From assembly GCA_945877815.1 (NCBI GenBank), contig CAMDWJ010000020.1:467-64466 (forward strand): a stretch of DNA of 64,000 nt, in the 5' to 3' direction. Of this stretch, positions 1 through 8,466 are shown piece after piece (the first letter of the stretch is position 1; each line of letters starts with the position of its first letter). The DNA is from Caenispirillum bisanense (GTDB taxonomy: Bacteria > Pseudomonadota > Alphaproteobacteria > Rhodospirillales > UBA2165). The notes below the pieces were generated by a model that saw only the letters and a program-made list of their open reading frames with translations, did not search any database and was not told the origin of the DNA. Position numbers and translations under genes: made by a program.

Positions 1-705
1 GAGCGCCAAAGCAGAGAGTATGCGGCTGACCGCGGCCAATCCATCATCGACAGTGACCACCATCCTGTTGAGACTGCGCGCAACATTTTGGAGCTCACCA
101 TCTTTTCCATGCTCGATAAGGCGTGCAGACAAATCCCCGCGGCCGGCCGAATCCGATAGGGTAGCTATTTCGTCAGCAAGAACCTTCAACGCTGCAGCTT
201 TTTCTGCTGCGGCACGAATGCGGTCCTCACGACCGACTTCTTCTAGTCGCCTAATTTCAACCGCATTGTCCTTAAAAATTTTTACAGCCTTGGCCATATC
301 GCCAATTTCATCACGACGATTCAAATATGGAATCTCAACGTCGAGCCCGCCGGCAGCCAACTTCGTTTGAACAGCAGTCATATCCTTTATAGCCGGCACC
401 ACAGAGCGATTCGTCAAGAAAGCAATGATCAATGCGATTACGATCGCCAGCGCAGCAGTGCACAATAACAAGACTTCAAAAAATGCACGGCCTGTTGTCA
501 GCTTGTTCCGCCCATCCTGCATGTCCTTCTGAATAAGCGTCTCAGCATCATCGGCGAGATCGATGAACGCCTTGTAGGCATCCCGGAAACGCAAATCGGA
601 CGCCGCAGCCGTTGCGATTGCAATCTTGTGGGCTTCATATCGTTCTCGGGCGAGTTCCGATAGATTAACTGCGTCGTCGGCGTAGCGCTTGGACGAAACA
701 CCCAT
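1..705 (-). CDS. Methyl-accepting chemotaxis protein-like sensor, N-terminal part (short N-region + TM helix + HAMP); 3' end lies beyond nt 1
   Basis: Absent from the ORF track because it runs off the window edge. The reverse frame ending at nt 1 is open downstream of a TAA at 772-774, and the first ATG is at 705. Translation: MGVSSKRYADD...GRAFFEVLLLCTAALAIVIALIIAFLTNRSVVPAIKDMTAVQTKLAAGGLDVEIPYLNRRDEIGDMAKAVKIFKDNAVEIRRLE...GDLSARLIEHGKDGELQNVARSLNRMVVTVDDGLAAV. That is a TM segment followed by HAMP-type linker repeats typical of MCPs. GC is visibly lower (~50%) than the rest of the window. Confidence 0.7.
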   Translation of the reverse strand, partial: MGVSSKRYADDAVNLSELARERYEAHKIAIATAAASDLRFRDAYKAFIDLADDAETLIQKDMQDGRNKLTTGRAFFEVLLLCTAALAIVIALIIAFLTNRSVVPAIKDMTAVQTKLAAGGLDVEIPYLNRRDEIGDMAKAVKIFKDNAVEIRRLEEVGREDRIRAAAEKAAALKVLADEIATLSDSAGRGDLSARLIEHGKDGELQNVARSLNRMVVTVDDGLAAVSRILSALAL

Positions 706-909
706 TCTATCGATTGCCCCCAATGCCTGGGACGCAATGTCAAAATCAGTCAGTGCGGTCCGAAAATCCTCTTACCTTGCTGAATAGCCAGACGCTATCT
801 CTCGTATATCCACAGCAAAATTGAAACGAGATATTGATTCTCGGAGCGAATCGGTGTGTTTACAGCATGTGTTTACCCCTAGCAGCGATCAGACACGAGG
901 TATGAGCCA

Positions 910-1179
910 ATGAGTAGAGTTGTACTGGCGGATGCGATCCGCAACGCAACTGGATGCACCAACGCCCAGGCGAATGAGGCCGTTGGTGAAGTAACCGAGG
1001 CCATCGCGAAAGCCCTCAAGAAAGAAGGCAAGTTCGGATTGGTCGGATTCGGCACCTTCATGGTCAGCAAGCGCGGCAGCCGTAAGGGTCGCAATCCGCA
1101 GACCGGCGCCACGATCACGATCAAGGCATCGAAGTCGGTTCGTTTCAAGGCGTCGGCGACGCTCAAAAAGCGTATGTAA
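910..1179 (+). CDS. hupB: HU/IHF-family nucleoid DNA-binding protein
   Basis: 89-aa ORF with the HU signature KFGLVGFGTFMVSKRGSRKGRNPQTGATITIKASKSVRFKAS (beta-arm R-x-G-R-N-P-x-T-G). GAGG lies ~10 nt upstream of the ATG. Confidence 0.95.
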   Translation: MSRVVLADAIRNATGCTNAQANEAVGEVTEAIAKALKKEGKFGLVGFGTFMVSKRGSRKGRNPQTGATITIKASKSVRFKASATLKKRM

Positions 1180-1233
1180 TTGGCATCGATCTCCGGTGCG
1201 CTGCACTGGGGGGAGTCAACGTTGTTACTCGTG

Positions 1234-1265
1234 ATGGCCGGGCTTGTCCCGGCCATTTGCGTTTG
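1234..1265 (+). terminator. Rho-independent terminator after hupB
   Basis: Perfect 9-bp stem ATGGCCGGG (1234-1242) / CCCGGCCAT (1248-1256), loop CTTGT, followed by TTGCGTTTG. It sits between the convergent hupB and dctM. Confidence 0.6.
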
Positions 1266-1281
1266 AAGGTGTGCAGCGCGA

Positions 1282-2589
1282 TCAGCGGATCATGCTGTTC
1301 GGGATCAGCAACGCTATATCGGGCACCGCGATGAGAATCCCGATGCACACCATCATCGCCAGCCAGAAAGGCAAGATACCGGCGAAGATCTGACTCATCG
1401 GCACGTCGGGCACGAGTCCCTTCACGACGAAGACATTGATGCCAACCGGCGGATCGATCAGCCCCATCTCCAGCACGATCACCATGATGACGCCGAACCA
1501 GATCAGATCGTAGCCGAGCGCGGTGACGATCGGGATCACGATCGGCAAAGTCAGCACCAACATCGAAAAACCTTCGAGGAACGTGCCGAGCAGCAGGTAC
1601 ACGCCGAGGATCATCAACAAGATCACGACCCGCGGCACGTCGAGATCCTTGACCAACCCCGCGATATGTTCGGGCAGGCCGGACAAAGCGAGGAACGGTC
1701 CGAAGACCTGCGCACCGATCAAGATCAGAAACACCATCGCGGTGGTACCGACGGTTTCGATCAGTACGCGATTGAAATTGCCGCCGCCCAGCGTCCGCTT
1801 CCACAGCGCATAGGCAAAGGCGAGGAACCCGCCGACCGCAGCTGCCTCAGACACCGTGAAGATGCCGGCGTAGATACCGCCGATCGAGATCAGCACCACG
1901 CCCATCATCGGGCCTGCCTGCGCGGTGGCGCGCCCGCGTTCCGGCCAGCTCGCGCGCGGACCGCGCGGACCGTAATGCGGGCGATAGTATGTCCAGATCG
2001 CGATGGTGATCATGAAGATCGCCGTCAGCAGTAGGCCGGGCAGGATTCCCGCCAGCAACAAGCGGCCGATCGATTGTTCGGTAAGAATGCCGTAGATGAC
2101 GAAGGCCGTCGACGGCGGAATGAGGATGCCGAGCGTGCCGCCCGCGGCGATGGTTCCGGTCGCCAGGCGGTGATCGTAATTGTAACGCCGCATCTCGGGC
2201 AGGCAAACGCGCCCCATGGTGATCGCAGAAGCGACCGACGATCCCGAAACCGCAGCGAAACCGGCGCACGCCGCGATGGTCGCCGAAGCGAGTCCACCCC
2301 GCCAATGGCCGACCCAGGCATAGGCGGCCGCGAACAGATCGCGCGCCATTCCCGAAACGGCAGCGCAGTTGCCCATCAGTACGAACAGCGGAATGACCGC
2401 GAGATCGTAGGCGCCGGCATATTGGAACGGATAGGTTCCGATTGCCGAAAGAGCAGCCGGCAATCCGTTGAGCATGGCAAACCCGATGATGCCGACCAGC
2501 AACATCGCGGTGCCGATCGGCATGCGCAGCACCAGCAGCACGAGCATGACGGCGATGCCGCCAAGTCCGACAAAATCATTATAGCTCAT
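1282..2589 (-). CDS. dctM: TRAP transporter large permease subunit (DctM family)
   Basis: I trimmed the track ORF 1282..2895 to the internal ATG at 2589 (MSYNDFVGLGGIAVMLVLLVLRMPIG...). That ATG overlaps the dctQ stop as ATGA. The upstream 102 codons look non-protein (R/A/G-rich) and overlap dctQ. Polytopic hydrophobic protein of 435 aa, the typical DctM length. Confidence 0.9.
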   Translation of the reverse strand: MSYNDFVGLGGIAVMLVLLVLRMPIGTAMLLVGIIGFAMLNGLPAALSAIGTYPFQYAGAYDLAVIPLFVLMGNCAAVSGMARDLFAAAYAWVGHWRGGLASATIAACAGFAAVSGSSVASAITMGRVCLPEMRRYNYDHRLATGTIAAGGTLGILIPPSTAFVIYGILTEQSIGRLLLAGILPGLLLTAIFMITIAIWTYYRPHYGPRGPRASWPERGRATAQAGPMMGVVLISIGGIYAGIFTVSEAAAVGGFLAFAYALWKRTLGGGNFNRVLIETVGTTAMVFLILIGAQVFGPFLALSGLPEHIAGLVKDLDVPRVVILLMILGVYLLLGTFLEGFSMLVLTLPIVIPIVTALGYDLIWFGVIMVIVLEMGLIDPPVGINVFVVKGLVPDVPMSQIFAGILPFWLAMMVCIGILIAVPDIALLIPNSMIR

Positions 2590-3116
2590 TGGGCGTCGCC
2601 TTTCGAAGGCGCCGGCGGAGTCGGCCGAAACGCCTGGACCGCCTGCACGAACAGAACCAGAGCGTAGGCCGCGCATCCGAAGGACGTGATGAAGATGAAG
2701 GGATAATAGGGCCAGCGCAGCATATTGCTGACGCGCCGCATGGTGGCGAGTCCATCCTGCAGCGCGTACCAGGCCATGACCGCGAAGAGCAATGCGCTGA
2801 CCAGCAGCAAAATGACCGGCACCAAACGCAGGCTTGGTTTTTCCAGCGGTCGTTCGAGAATATCGACGGCGACATGTCCGCCGGTCCATCCGCAATGGGC
2901 GAGACCGAGGAAGACGATAACCGCCATCAAGAATTGCGTGAATTCGAGCGAGCCCCGGAACGGCATATTGAAGACATAGCGCAGCACGACATCGAGCACG
3001 GTATAGACAAGGAGCACCATCAGCACCCAGCCGGCCGCCAGCGCGAGCCAGCGCAGCACGCGCCCGAACGGCCCATCGGGCCGCTCGGGCAGGTCGCTAT
3101 CGATCATTTCCGACAT
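2586..3116 (-). CDS. dctQ: TRAP transporter small permease subunit (DctQ family)
   Basis: 176-aa four-helix hydrophobic protein (…LALAAGWVLMVLLVYTVLDVVLRYVFNMPFRGSLEFTQFLMAVIVFLGLAHC…). It lies between the dctP and dctM genes and is translationally coupled to dctM. Confidence 0.85.
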   Translation of the reverse strand: MSEMIDSDLPERPDGPFGRVLRWLALAAGWVLMVLLVYTVLDVVLRYVFNMPFRGSLEFTQFLMAVIVFLGLAHCGWTGGHVAVDILERPLEKPSLRLVPVILLLVSALLFAVMAWYALQDGLATMRRVSNMLRWPYYPFIFITSFGCAAYALVLFVQAVQAFRPTPPAPSKGDAQ

Positions 3117-3149
3117 GCGGATTACGCGCTCAGGCTCGGATACCGCGCC

Positions 3150-4169
3150 TCAACTGCTCAATCCATAGGCTCCGATGAGCCCTTTGGCCGGTAGGCCCGC
3201 CTTCTCTCCCTCGGCAACCTTGGACGCGATCAGCGGCTTAAAAGCCGTGAGCCAGCGTTGACGTTCCGCCTCGCTCAGCAACACAACCTCGCGGTCTTTC
3301 TTCGCCGCGGCGACGGCTTCGTCGTTCTGTTTATCGTAGGTCATCGCACCCTTGAGGCTGAGCGAGAGCCCAGTCGTCTCATCGATCCCTTTCTTGAGAT
3401 CGGCCGGCAGCTTGTCGTAACGGCCCTTGTTCATGGCAACCATGAAGGGCGAGCGACCCAGCGGAGCGTTGATGGTGAAATATTTCGCCACCTCGATCAG
3501 CTTGAAGTCGATCGCCGCCGACATCGGAATCATCGCCGCATCGATCACGCCGCGATCGAGATTGTTGTAGATCGCATTGGCCGGCATATCGATGGGTGTG
3601 GCACCCAGCGCCTCAATCTGCGCCGATTGCGCGGCCGACGGCGTGCGGATCTTGAGGCCCTTCATATCTTCCAGCGTCTTGATCGGCTTGTTCTTGCTCA
3701 TCAGGCTGGCGGTGTCGGAGTTCCAGAGCATCAGCAGCTTGGCTTCGGCGAAATCGCGGGCCAGGAACTTGTCGAAATGCGTCCATAGTTTTTTCGTGCC
3801 GTCTTCCGCGCTGTTGGCGGTCCCCGGCAATTCGGTGAGCGCCATCATCGGAAAATCGGCGGAGGTATAGCCGGGCAGGCTGAAACAGATGTCGGAAATG
3901 CCCTGTGCCATCTGGCGATAGAGCTGCGGCGGCGTGCCGCCCAGCTGCATCGCGGGGAACATCTTGACCGCAAGCTTATTGCCGCTTTTGGCCGCCAGCT
4001 CGGCGGCCCACGGCGTCAGCACATTGGCGTAAATGATGTGGTTGGGCGCGACGAACGTCGATAGCTTAAGCTCTTCAACCGATTGAGCCATCGCGCGGGC
4101 GAACGGCAACGCCGACAGAGCCGCAGCACCCAAAGTACTGGCAACGAATTCCCTGCGTGTCATCGACAT
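3150..4169 (-). CDS. dctP: TRAP transporter substrate-binding protein (DctP family) with Tat-type signal
   Basis: 339 aa. N-terminus MSMTRREFVASTLGAAALSALPFARAMAQ is a twin-arginine-like signal. The body has a DctP-like pattern (…HIIYANVLTPWAAELAAKSGNKLAVKMFPAMQLGG…). GGGAGGA lies 5-6 nt upstream of the ATG. Confidence 0.9.
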   Translation of the reverse strand: MSMTRREFVASTLGAAALSALPFARAMAQSVEELKLSTFVAPNHIIYANVLTPWAAELAAKSGNKLAVKMFPAMQLGGTPPQLYRQMAQGISDICFSLPGYTSADFPMMALTELPGTANSAEDGTKKLWTHFDKFLARDFAEAKLLMLWNSDTASLMSKNKPIKTLEDMKGLKIRTPSAAQSAQIEALGATPIDMPANAIYNNLDRGVIDAAMIPMSAAIDFKLIEVAKYFTINAPLGRSPFMVAMNKGRYDKLPADLKKGIDETTGLSLSLKGAMTYDKQNDEAVAAAKKDREVVLLSEAERQRWLTAFKPLIASKVAEGEKAGLPAKGLIGAYGLSS

Positions 4170-4197
4170 GGTGATCCTCCCTGGATCTATGGTGACG

Positions 4198-4211
4198 GTG
4201 TGATTTCACAC
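4198..4211. promoter_or_regulatory. Candidate operator upstream of dctP (inverted repeat GTGTGA-TT-TCACAC)
   Basis: Perfect 6-bp arms with a 2-nt spacer, ~30-40 nt upstream of the dctP start codon. Confidence 0.3.
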
Positions 4212-4273
4212 TCGTTCTCTGACCATGACGTTAAGGCGTAGCCGCGCTCGCTGTCAAATGGCGCAAAATGAGA

Positions 4274-4310
4274 CAACAAGAAACCGGCGGCGACCCTTCG
4301 ATCGCCGACG
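4274..4310 (-). terminator. Rho-independent terminator after the TctC-like gene
   Basis: On the minus strand: CGTCGGCGA-tcgaaggg-TCGCCGCCG (one mismatch), followed by a T-rich tract TTTCTTGTTGTCTCATTTT. It lies directly downstream of the stop at 4333. Confidence 0.5.
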
Positions 4311-4332
4311 ATAAGATTGAGAAATCGCCCGC

Positions 4333-5421
4333 TTACTGTTCCGCTGCGGCGATATAATCGGTCAGGAACTTGGCGATCTTGGGATCGGGGTTCTGGGCCA
4401 TCTGCATGATCTTCAGGCCTTCCGGAATGGTCACATAGACCATGTCGGAGCCGGTCGATTTGACCAGCGCGGGCGAGAGTTGGGGATCGGCCTTGGCTGC
4501 CTCATACGCCTTGCGCAGCGTGTCGACGATGTCCTTCGGCGTCTTCGGCGGCGCCACAACCGTCATCGAGGTTTTTCCGCTGACGGTCTGCATCCATTTC
4601 AAGGCTTCCCAATGTTCACCCGAGGGATCCTTGCCGTAAACTTTTTTGTAGACTTCGTGGAGCGCCGGTTCGTCGTCGCGGAAATCGGCGTTCTTCACCG
4701 GGTTGCCGTTGATATCGAAGAACGGGAAATACCAAAGAGCGAGCGCCTTGCCTTGATCGACCATTTGCGGGCCGAACGCAGTGCGCAGGCTCGTGATGCC
4801 GGTGGTCATGCCGTCGATCTCGCCCTGCAGCATGGCGGGCAGGATCTTGGCCGCACCCTGATAGCCCGGCACGTAGCGATATTTGACGCCCATGACGTCA
4901 AAGCCGAGGCGACCAACGATGTCGAGCGATTCAGTCGGACGGAAGCCGGCCTGCTTGAGACCCTCCACCTTCATGATGTCGGTCGGTGTTTTAATCGGCG
5001 GATTGACGCCCGTGCGCGTGATCTGCACGCGACCGCCGCTCGATCCCGCGCCGATGAATTCGAATTTGGTGAAATCGGCGCGCAGGCCCTGCGCGCCGGT
5101 CGCCATGCCGACCGGATTGAATCCGCCCCAGGCGAGCGTCAATCCATCGGGCCGCGCCTTCTCGTAGACGAAGTTAACCGCCTGCATGCCGCCGGCGCCC
5201 GTCTGCGCCTCGATCACCACGGTCGGATGGCCGGGGATATGCTTGGTCAAGAACGGCGACCAGGTGCGCGCCAGCGTATCCGTGCCACCACCCGGCGATT
5301 GGCCGATGATGAGCTTGATCGTCTTGCCGGAGAAGTCGGCCGCGTCGGCGTGCGACACAATCGTTAAAACCGCAACGAGGGTGGCAACGGCCGCGACTTT
5401 GACGGTGCCCTGCAGACTCAT
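4333..5421 (-). CDS. Periplasmic substrate-binding protein, divergent TctC/Bug-like (tripartite tricarboxylate transporter receptor family)
   Basis: I set the start at the ATG at 5421 (MSLQGTVKVAAVATLVAVLTIVSHADA = signal peptide), which has GGAGG 6 nt upstream. Bug-like core: KTIKLIIGQSPGGGTDTLARTWSPFLTKHIPGHPTVVIEAQTGAGGMQAVNFVYEKARPDGLTL. Divergent from the tctA-like permease gene. At 362 aa it is longer than typical Bug proteins. Confidence 0.75.
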   Translation of the reverse strand: MSLQGTVKVAAVATLVAVLTIVSHADAADFSGKTIKLIIGQSPGGGTDTLARTWSPFLTKHIPGHPTVVIEAQTGAGGMQAVNFVYEKARPDGLTLAWGGFNPVGMATGAQGLRADFTKFEFIGAGSSGGRVQITRTGVNPPIKTPTDIMKVEGLKQAGFRPTESLDIVGRLGFDVMGVKYRYVPGYQGAAKILPAMLQGEIDGMTTGITSLRTAFGPQMVDQGKALALWYFPFFDINGNPVKNADFRDDEPALHEVYKKVYGKDPSGEHWEALKWMQTVSGKTSMTVVAPPKTPKDIVDTLRKAYEAAKADPQLSPALVKSTGSDMVYVTIPEGLKIMQMAQNPDPKIAKFLTDYIAAAEQ

Positions 5422-5470
5422 ATGTTCCTCCTCTGTTTTCCCGCGCCCGTTTCTCATTGTCCGGCGCGAA

Positions 5471-5496
5471 TTGGCTTAACGCCAAATTGCCAAATT
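5471..5496. promoter_or_regulatory. Candidate operator in the tctC-like/tctAB divergent region
   Basis: TTGGC-TTAAC-GCCAA inverted repeat (5471-5485), immediately followed by a tandem GCCAAATT GCCAAATT (5481-5496). It sits in a locally AT-rich 176-bp divergent intergenic region. Confidence 0.3.
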
Positions 5497-5597
5497 GTTT
5501 TAATCGTTATCAAGATTAATACTCGCAGCGCGGGAGACAAACGTTATTCTGCATCCAGGATCGGTCATAAGATCCAATCAATAGGGGGCTATCGTAA

Positions 5598-7628
5598 ATG
5601 TTCGATGCGTTTTTCTCGGGTCTGATCCAGGTCCTGATGTGGCCGGCCATCGGCTACATGTTCGTTGGCATCCTGCTCGGCATCTGGCTCGGCGCGGTCC
5701 CCGGCATCGGCGGCCTGACCGGCCTCGCCATCCTCATCCCCTTCACCTTCGATATGGATCCTGTTCCGGCCTTTGCCATGCTGCTCGGCATGATCGCGGT
5801 GACGAACACCAGCGACTCGGTGACCGCCATCCTGCTCGGCGTGCCTGGATCGTCCGCCGCGCAGGCGACGATCATGGACGGACATCCGCTGGCCAAGCAG
5901 GGACAGGCGAACCGAGCCATGGGTGCCGCCTTCGCCGCGTCCGCCTTCGGCGGCGTGTTTGGCGCCATCGCGCTCGCCATCTCCATGCCGGTGGCTTTGC
6001 CCATCATCCTCGCGATCGCGCAGCCCGAAACATTCGCCTTTGGGATATTGGGATTGTCGTTGGTCGCATCGCTCGCCGGATCGTCGATCTACAAAGGTTT
6101 GGCGGCCGGCGCGTTCGGCTTGCTGCTGTCCGCCGTCGGATATGCCGAAGCGAGCGCGATCCCGCGTTATCATTTCGGCACCGATTACCTGCTCGACAAT
6201 CTGCCGTTCCTGCCGCTGATCCTGGGTCTGTTCGCGATCCCTGAATTGATGGAACTCGCTACCGGCAATACCTCGATCAGCCGTGTCACCGAGGATCAAT
6301 CGAAGAGCACCATGTGGCAGGGCGTCAAGGATACCTGGACGCATATCGGGCTCAACATCCGCTGCTGCATCATCGGCGTCTATATCGGCATTCTGCCCGG
6401 CCTCGGCGGCTCGGTCGCCGATTGGCTCGCCTACGGCCATGCCAAGCAAAGCGCCAAGGACAAATCGATGTTCGGCAAGGGCGACATCCGCGGCGTCATC
6501 GGACCTGAATCGTGCAACAACGCGGTGCTCGGCGGCTCGCTGATCCCGACCGTTGCCTTCGGCATTCCGGGCGGCGCCGGCATGGCGATCCTGCTCGGCG
6601 CGTTCCTGATCCAGGGCCTGCGGCCCGGGCCGGAAATGCTGACCACCAAGCTCGACATCACCTTCAGCATGGTGTGGACGGTCGCCATCGCCAACATCAT
6701 CGTCGCCATCATGATGATGGCGTGGGCGCGCCAGGTCGCGAAGCTCGCCTACACGCCCGGCTATTACATCGTCCCGGGCGTCATTCTGTTCGTGTTCATG
6801 GGCGCCTGGCTCAGCACTACCTCGGTTGGCGACTGGGTTTTGTGCATCGTATTCGGCGTCATCGGATACACGATGAAACGCGCGGGCTGGGCGCGTCCGC
6901 CGGTCGTGCTCGGCTACGTGCTCGGCGAGATCATGGAGAATGCCTATGTCATCTCCATCCGAGCCTATGACGGCTATAGCTGGTTGTTCCGCCCGGTCAC
7001 GTTGCTGATCTTCGCCGCAGCGGTGCTCACGGTCGTACTCTCGGCGCGCGGCATCTTGAAGCTGAAGCGCGCGGGCGTGGTCATGGAGGAAGGTGCGGAG
7101 GAAGGATCGATGCGCAATTCCGTCCTGTCCTTCCCGTTTGCCGCCCTCATGAGCGTAACGTTCATCTATGCGATCGCCGGAGCGTTCGAATGGACCAAGT
7201 CCGTTCGCATGTTCCCTCTGACCATCGCGATCCCCGGCACGATCTTCGCCCTGATCGCCTTGTTCTACGATTGGCGGAACCTTCGCGGAGACGTCGCGCG
7301 CGCCGGCGGATTTAAAGCCGCGGCTCGGGCGGCTTCGGAAAAAGCGGAGCTCACGCCGTCGCTCTGGTTCTTTGCGATGCTGATCGCTTTGCTACTGGTG
7401 ATGCTGGTGATCGGGATAAAACTCGCGATCCCGCTTTACGTCGTTGTATTCCTGATGATGTGGGGCAAGGTCAAATGGAGACCGGCACTGATCTATGCCG
7501 GCGTCTGTTATGCCTTTCTCGTGGGATTCTACGATCAGGTCCTGCACACATCCTGGCATCCGTCGCTGCTCTACGATGTGCTGGTCGGCAATCTGCCGGA
7601 CTGGCTGCCCGAATGGCTCATCCTCTAA
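5598..7628 (+). CDS. tctA: Tripartite tricarboxylate transporter permease, TctA-like with C-terminal TctB-like extension (fusion)
   Basis: 676 aa. The N-terminal ~500 aa match the TctA pattern (MFDAFFSGLIQVLMWPAIGYMFVGILLGIWLGAVPGIGGLTGLAILIPFTF…GVPGSSAAQATIMDGHPLAKQG). The extra ~170 C-terminal aa contain four further hydrophobic helices (…VLSFPFAALMSVTFIYAIAGAFEW…PLTIAIPGTIFALIALFYDW…LWFFAMLIALLLVMLVIGIKLAIPLYVVVFLMMWG…), like a fused small TctB subunit. Confidence 0.85.
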   Translation: MFDAFFSGLIQVLMWPAIGYMFVGILLGIWLGAVPGIGGLTGLAILIPFTFDMDPVPAFAMLLGMIAVTNTSDSVTAILLGVPGSSAAQATIMDGHPLAKQGQANRAMGAAFAASAFGGVFGAIALAISMPVALPIILAIAQPETFAFGILGLSLVASLAGSSIYKGLAAGAFGLLLSAVGYAEASAIPRYHFGTDYLLDNLPFLPLILGLFAIPELMELATGNTSISRVTEDQSKSTMWQGVKDTWTHIGLNIRCCIIGVYIGILPGLGGSVADWLAYGHAKQSAKDKSMFGKGDIRGVIGPESCNNAVLGGSLIPTVAFGIPGGAGMAILLGAFLIQGLRPGPEMLTTKLDITFSMVWTVAIANIIVAIMMMAWARQVAKLAYTPGYYIVPGVILFVFMGAWLSTTSVGDWVLCIVFGVIGYTMKRAGWARPPVVLGYVLGEIMENAYVISIRAYDGYSWLFRPVTLLIFAAAVLTVVLSARGILKLKRAGVVMEEGAEEGSMRNSVLSFPFAALMSVTFIYAIAGAFEWTKSVRMFPLTIAIPGTIFALIALFYDWRNLRGDVARAGGFKAAARAASEKAELTPSLWFFAMLIALLLVMLVIGIKLAIPLYVVVFLMMWGKVKWRPALIYAGVCYAFLVGFYDQVLHTSWHPSLLYDVLVGNLPDWLPEWLIL

Positions 7629-7651
7629 CGACAGGCATCCCAGAAAGGGGT

Positions 7652-7713
7652 GACGCCCAGGCTTGGGGAACCTGGGCGTCTGGGGTGTGGAGGCGGAACT
7701 GATCCGCCTCCAC
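7652..7713. terminator. Two consecutive GC-rich hairpins between convergent tctA and the PRC-barrel gene
   Basis: GACGCCCAGG (7652-7661) / CCTGGGCGTC (7671-7680), and GTGGAGGCGG (7687-7696) / CCGCCTCCAC (7704-7713). Both are perfect 10-bp stems and neither has a U-tract. Confidence 0.35.
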
Positions 7714-7733
7714 AGGGAGGAACTTGGCCCTAG

Positions 7734-8222
7734 CTACGGGCGTGAAGTCGCCGGTCGCGGACGTTCATATTCGGGCAGGCGCTCGATCTGCGATTCCGAC
7801 ATCGCCACGATCAGGCGGCCATCGTCGGTGCGTTCGATATCGCTCGCGGGGATCAAGACCTTCTTAGCGCCAATGCCGAGGAAGCCGCCGACGGCGACAA
7901 CCGCGTCGCGGGTCTGACCGGCCTGAGGAACGACCTCGTCGATCGAGCCGACCTTCTTGCCGGACGCGTCGAAGATAGCCTTGCCTTTCAGCTCGGTCGC
8001 CTCGAACGGCTGTTTCAGCGTTTCGCGAGGCGCGGCCGCGCTCGGCTTCAAGCCGCCGGGGGCCACAGAATCGTTCATTGACGGCGCCTGTAAGGTCGGA
8101 AGTGCCGGGCTTCCCTGCGGCGCCGGAGGTGTGCTTTGCCCATGGGCAATATTTGGTGCAAAGCCCGGGAGTGCGAGTGCGATCGCGGCAGCAGCGATAT
8201 ACGGCGCTATTTTGCTGATCAT
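7734..8222 (-). CDS. PRC-barrel domain protein with signal peptide
   Basis: Start set at the ATG at 8222 (MISKIAPYIAAAAIALALPGFAPNIAHG), with AGGAG 7 nt upstream. The C-terminal half, LKGKAIFDASGKKVGSIDEVV…RDAVVAVGGFLGIGAKKVLIPASDIERTDDGRLIVAMSESQIERLPEYE, is the PRC-barrel pattern. Confidence 0.8.
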   Translation of the reverse strand: MISKIAPYIAAAAIALALPGFAPNIAHGQSTPPAPQGSPALPTLQAPSMNDSVAPGGLKPSAAAPRETLKQPFEATELKGKAIFDASGKKVGSIDEVVPQAGQTRDAVVAVGGFLGIGAKKVLIPASDIERTDDGRLIVAMSESQIERLPEYERPRPATSRP

Positions 8223-8466
8223 TGATCGTCTCCTTTGTTGTTGAACATTCAACTCATCGGGCACACACCCTCACCCGAACGAGGTTGAATCGAAAGGAAC
8301 AACGAAGAGACCGGACAGGGACCGGTCTTGCCGAAAAAGGTCACAGCAGTTCCGACAGAGAATAGCGAGCTTAGCAGCCGATCCCACGCGCCATCACGCG
8401 CTTGTGAATTCACGCGTTCGTGTTTGCGCGCTGCGATGCCCGATTAAAACACGTGTCTAGGCAGCG

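Noticed and set aside
20-370. Track ORF 20..370(+) (116 aa).
   Set aside because: It is antisense to the HAMP-encoding frame, which has a clear MCP signature, and its translation is Ser/Ala/Arg-rich without motifs.
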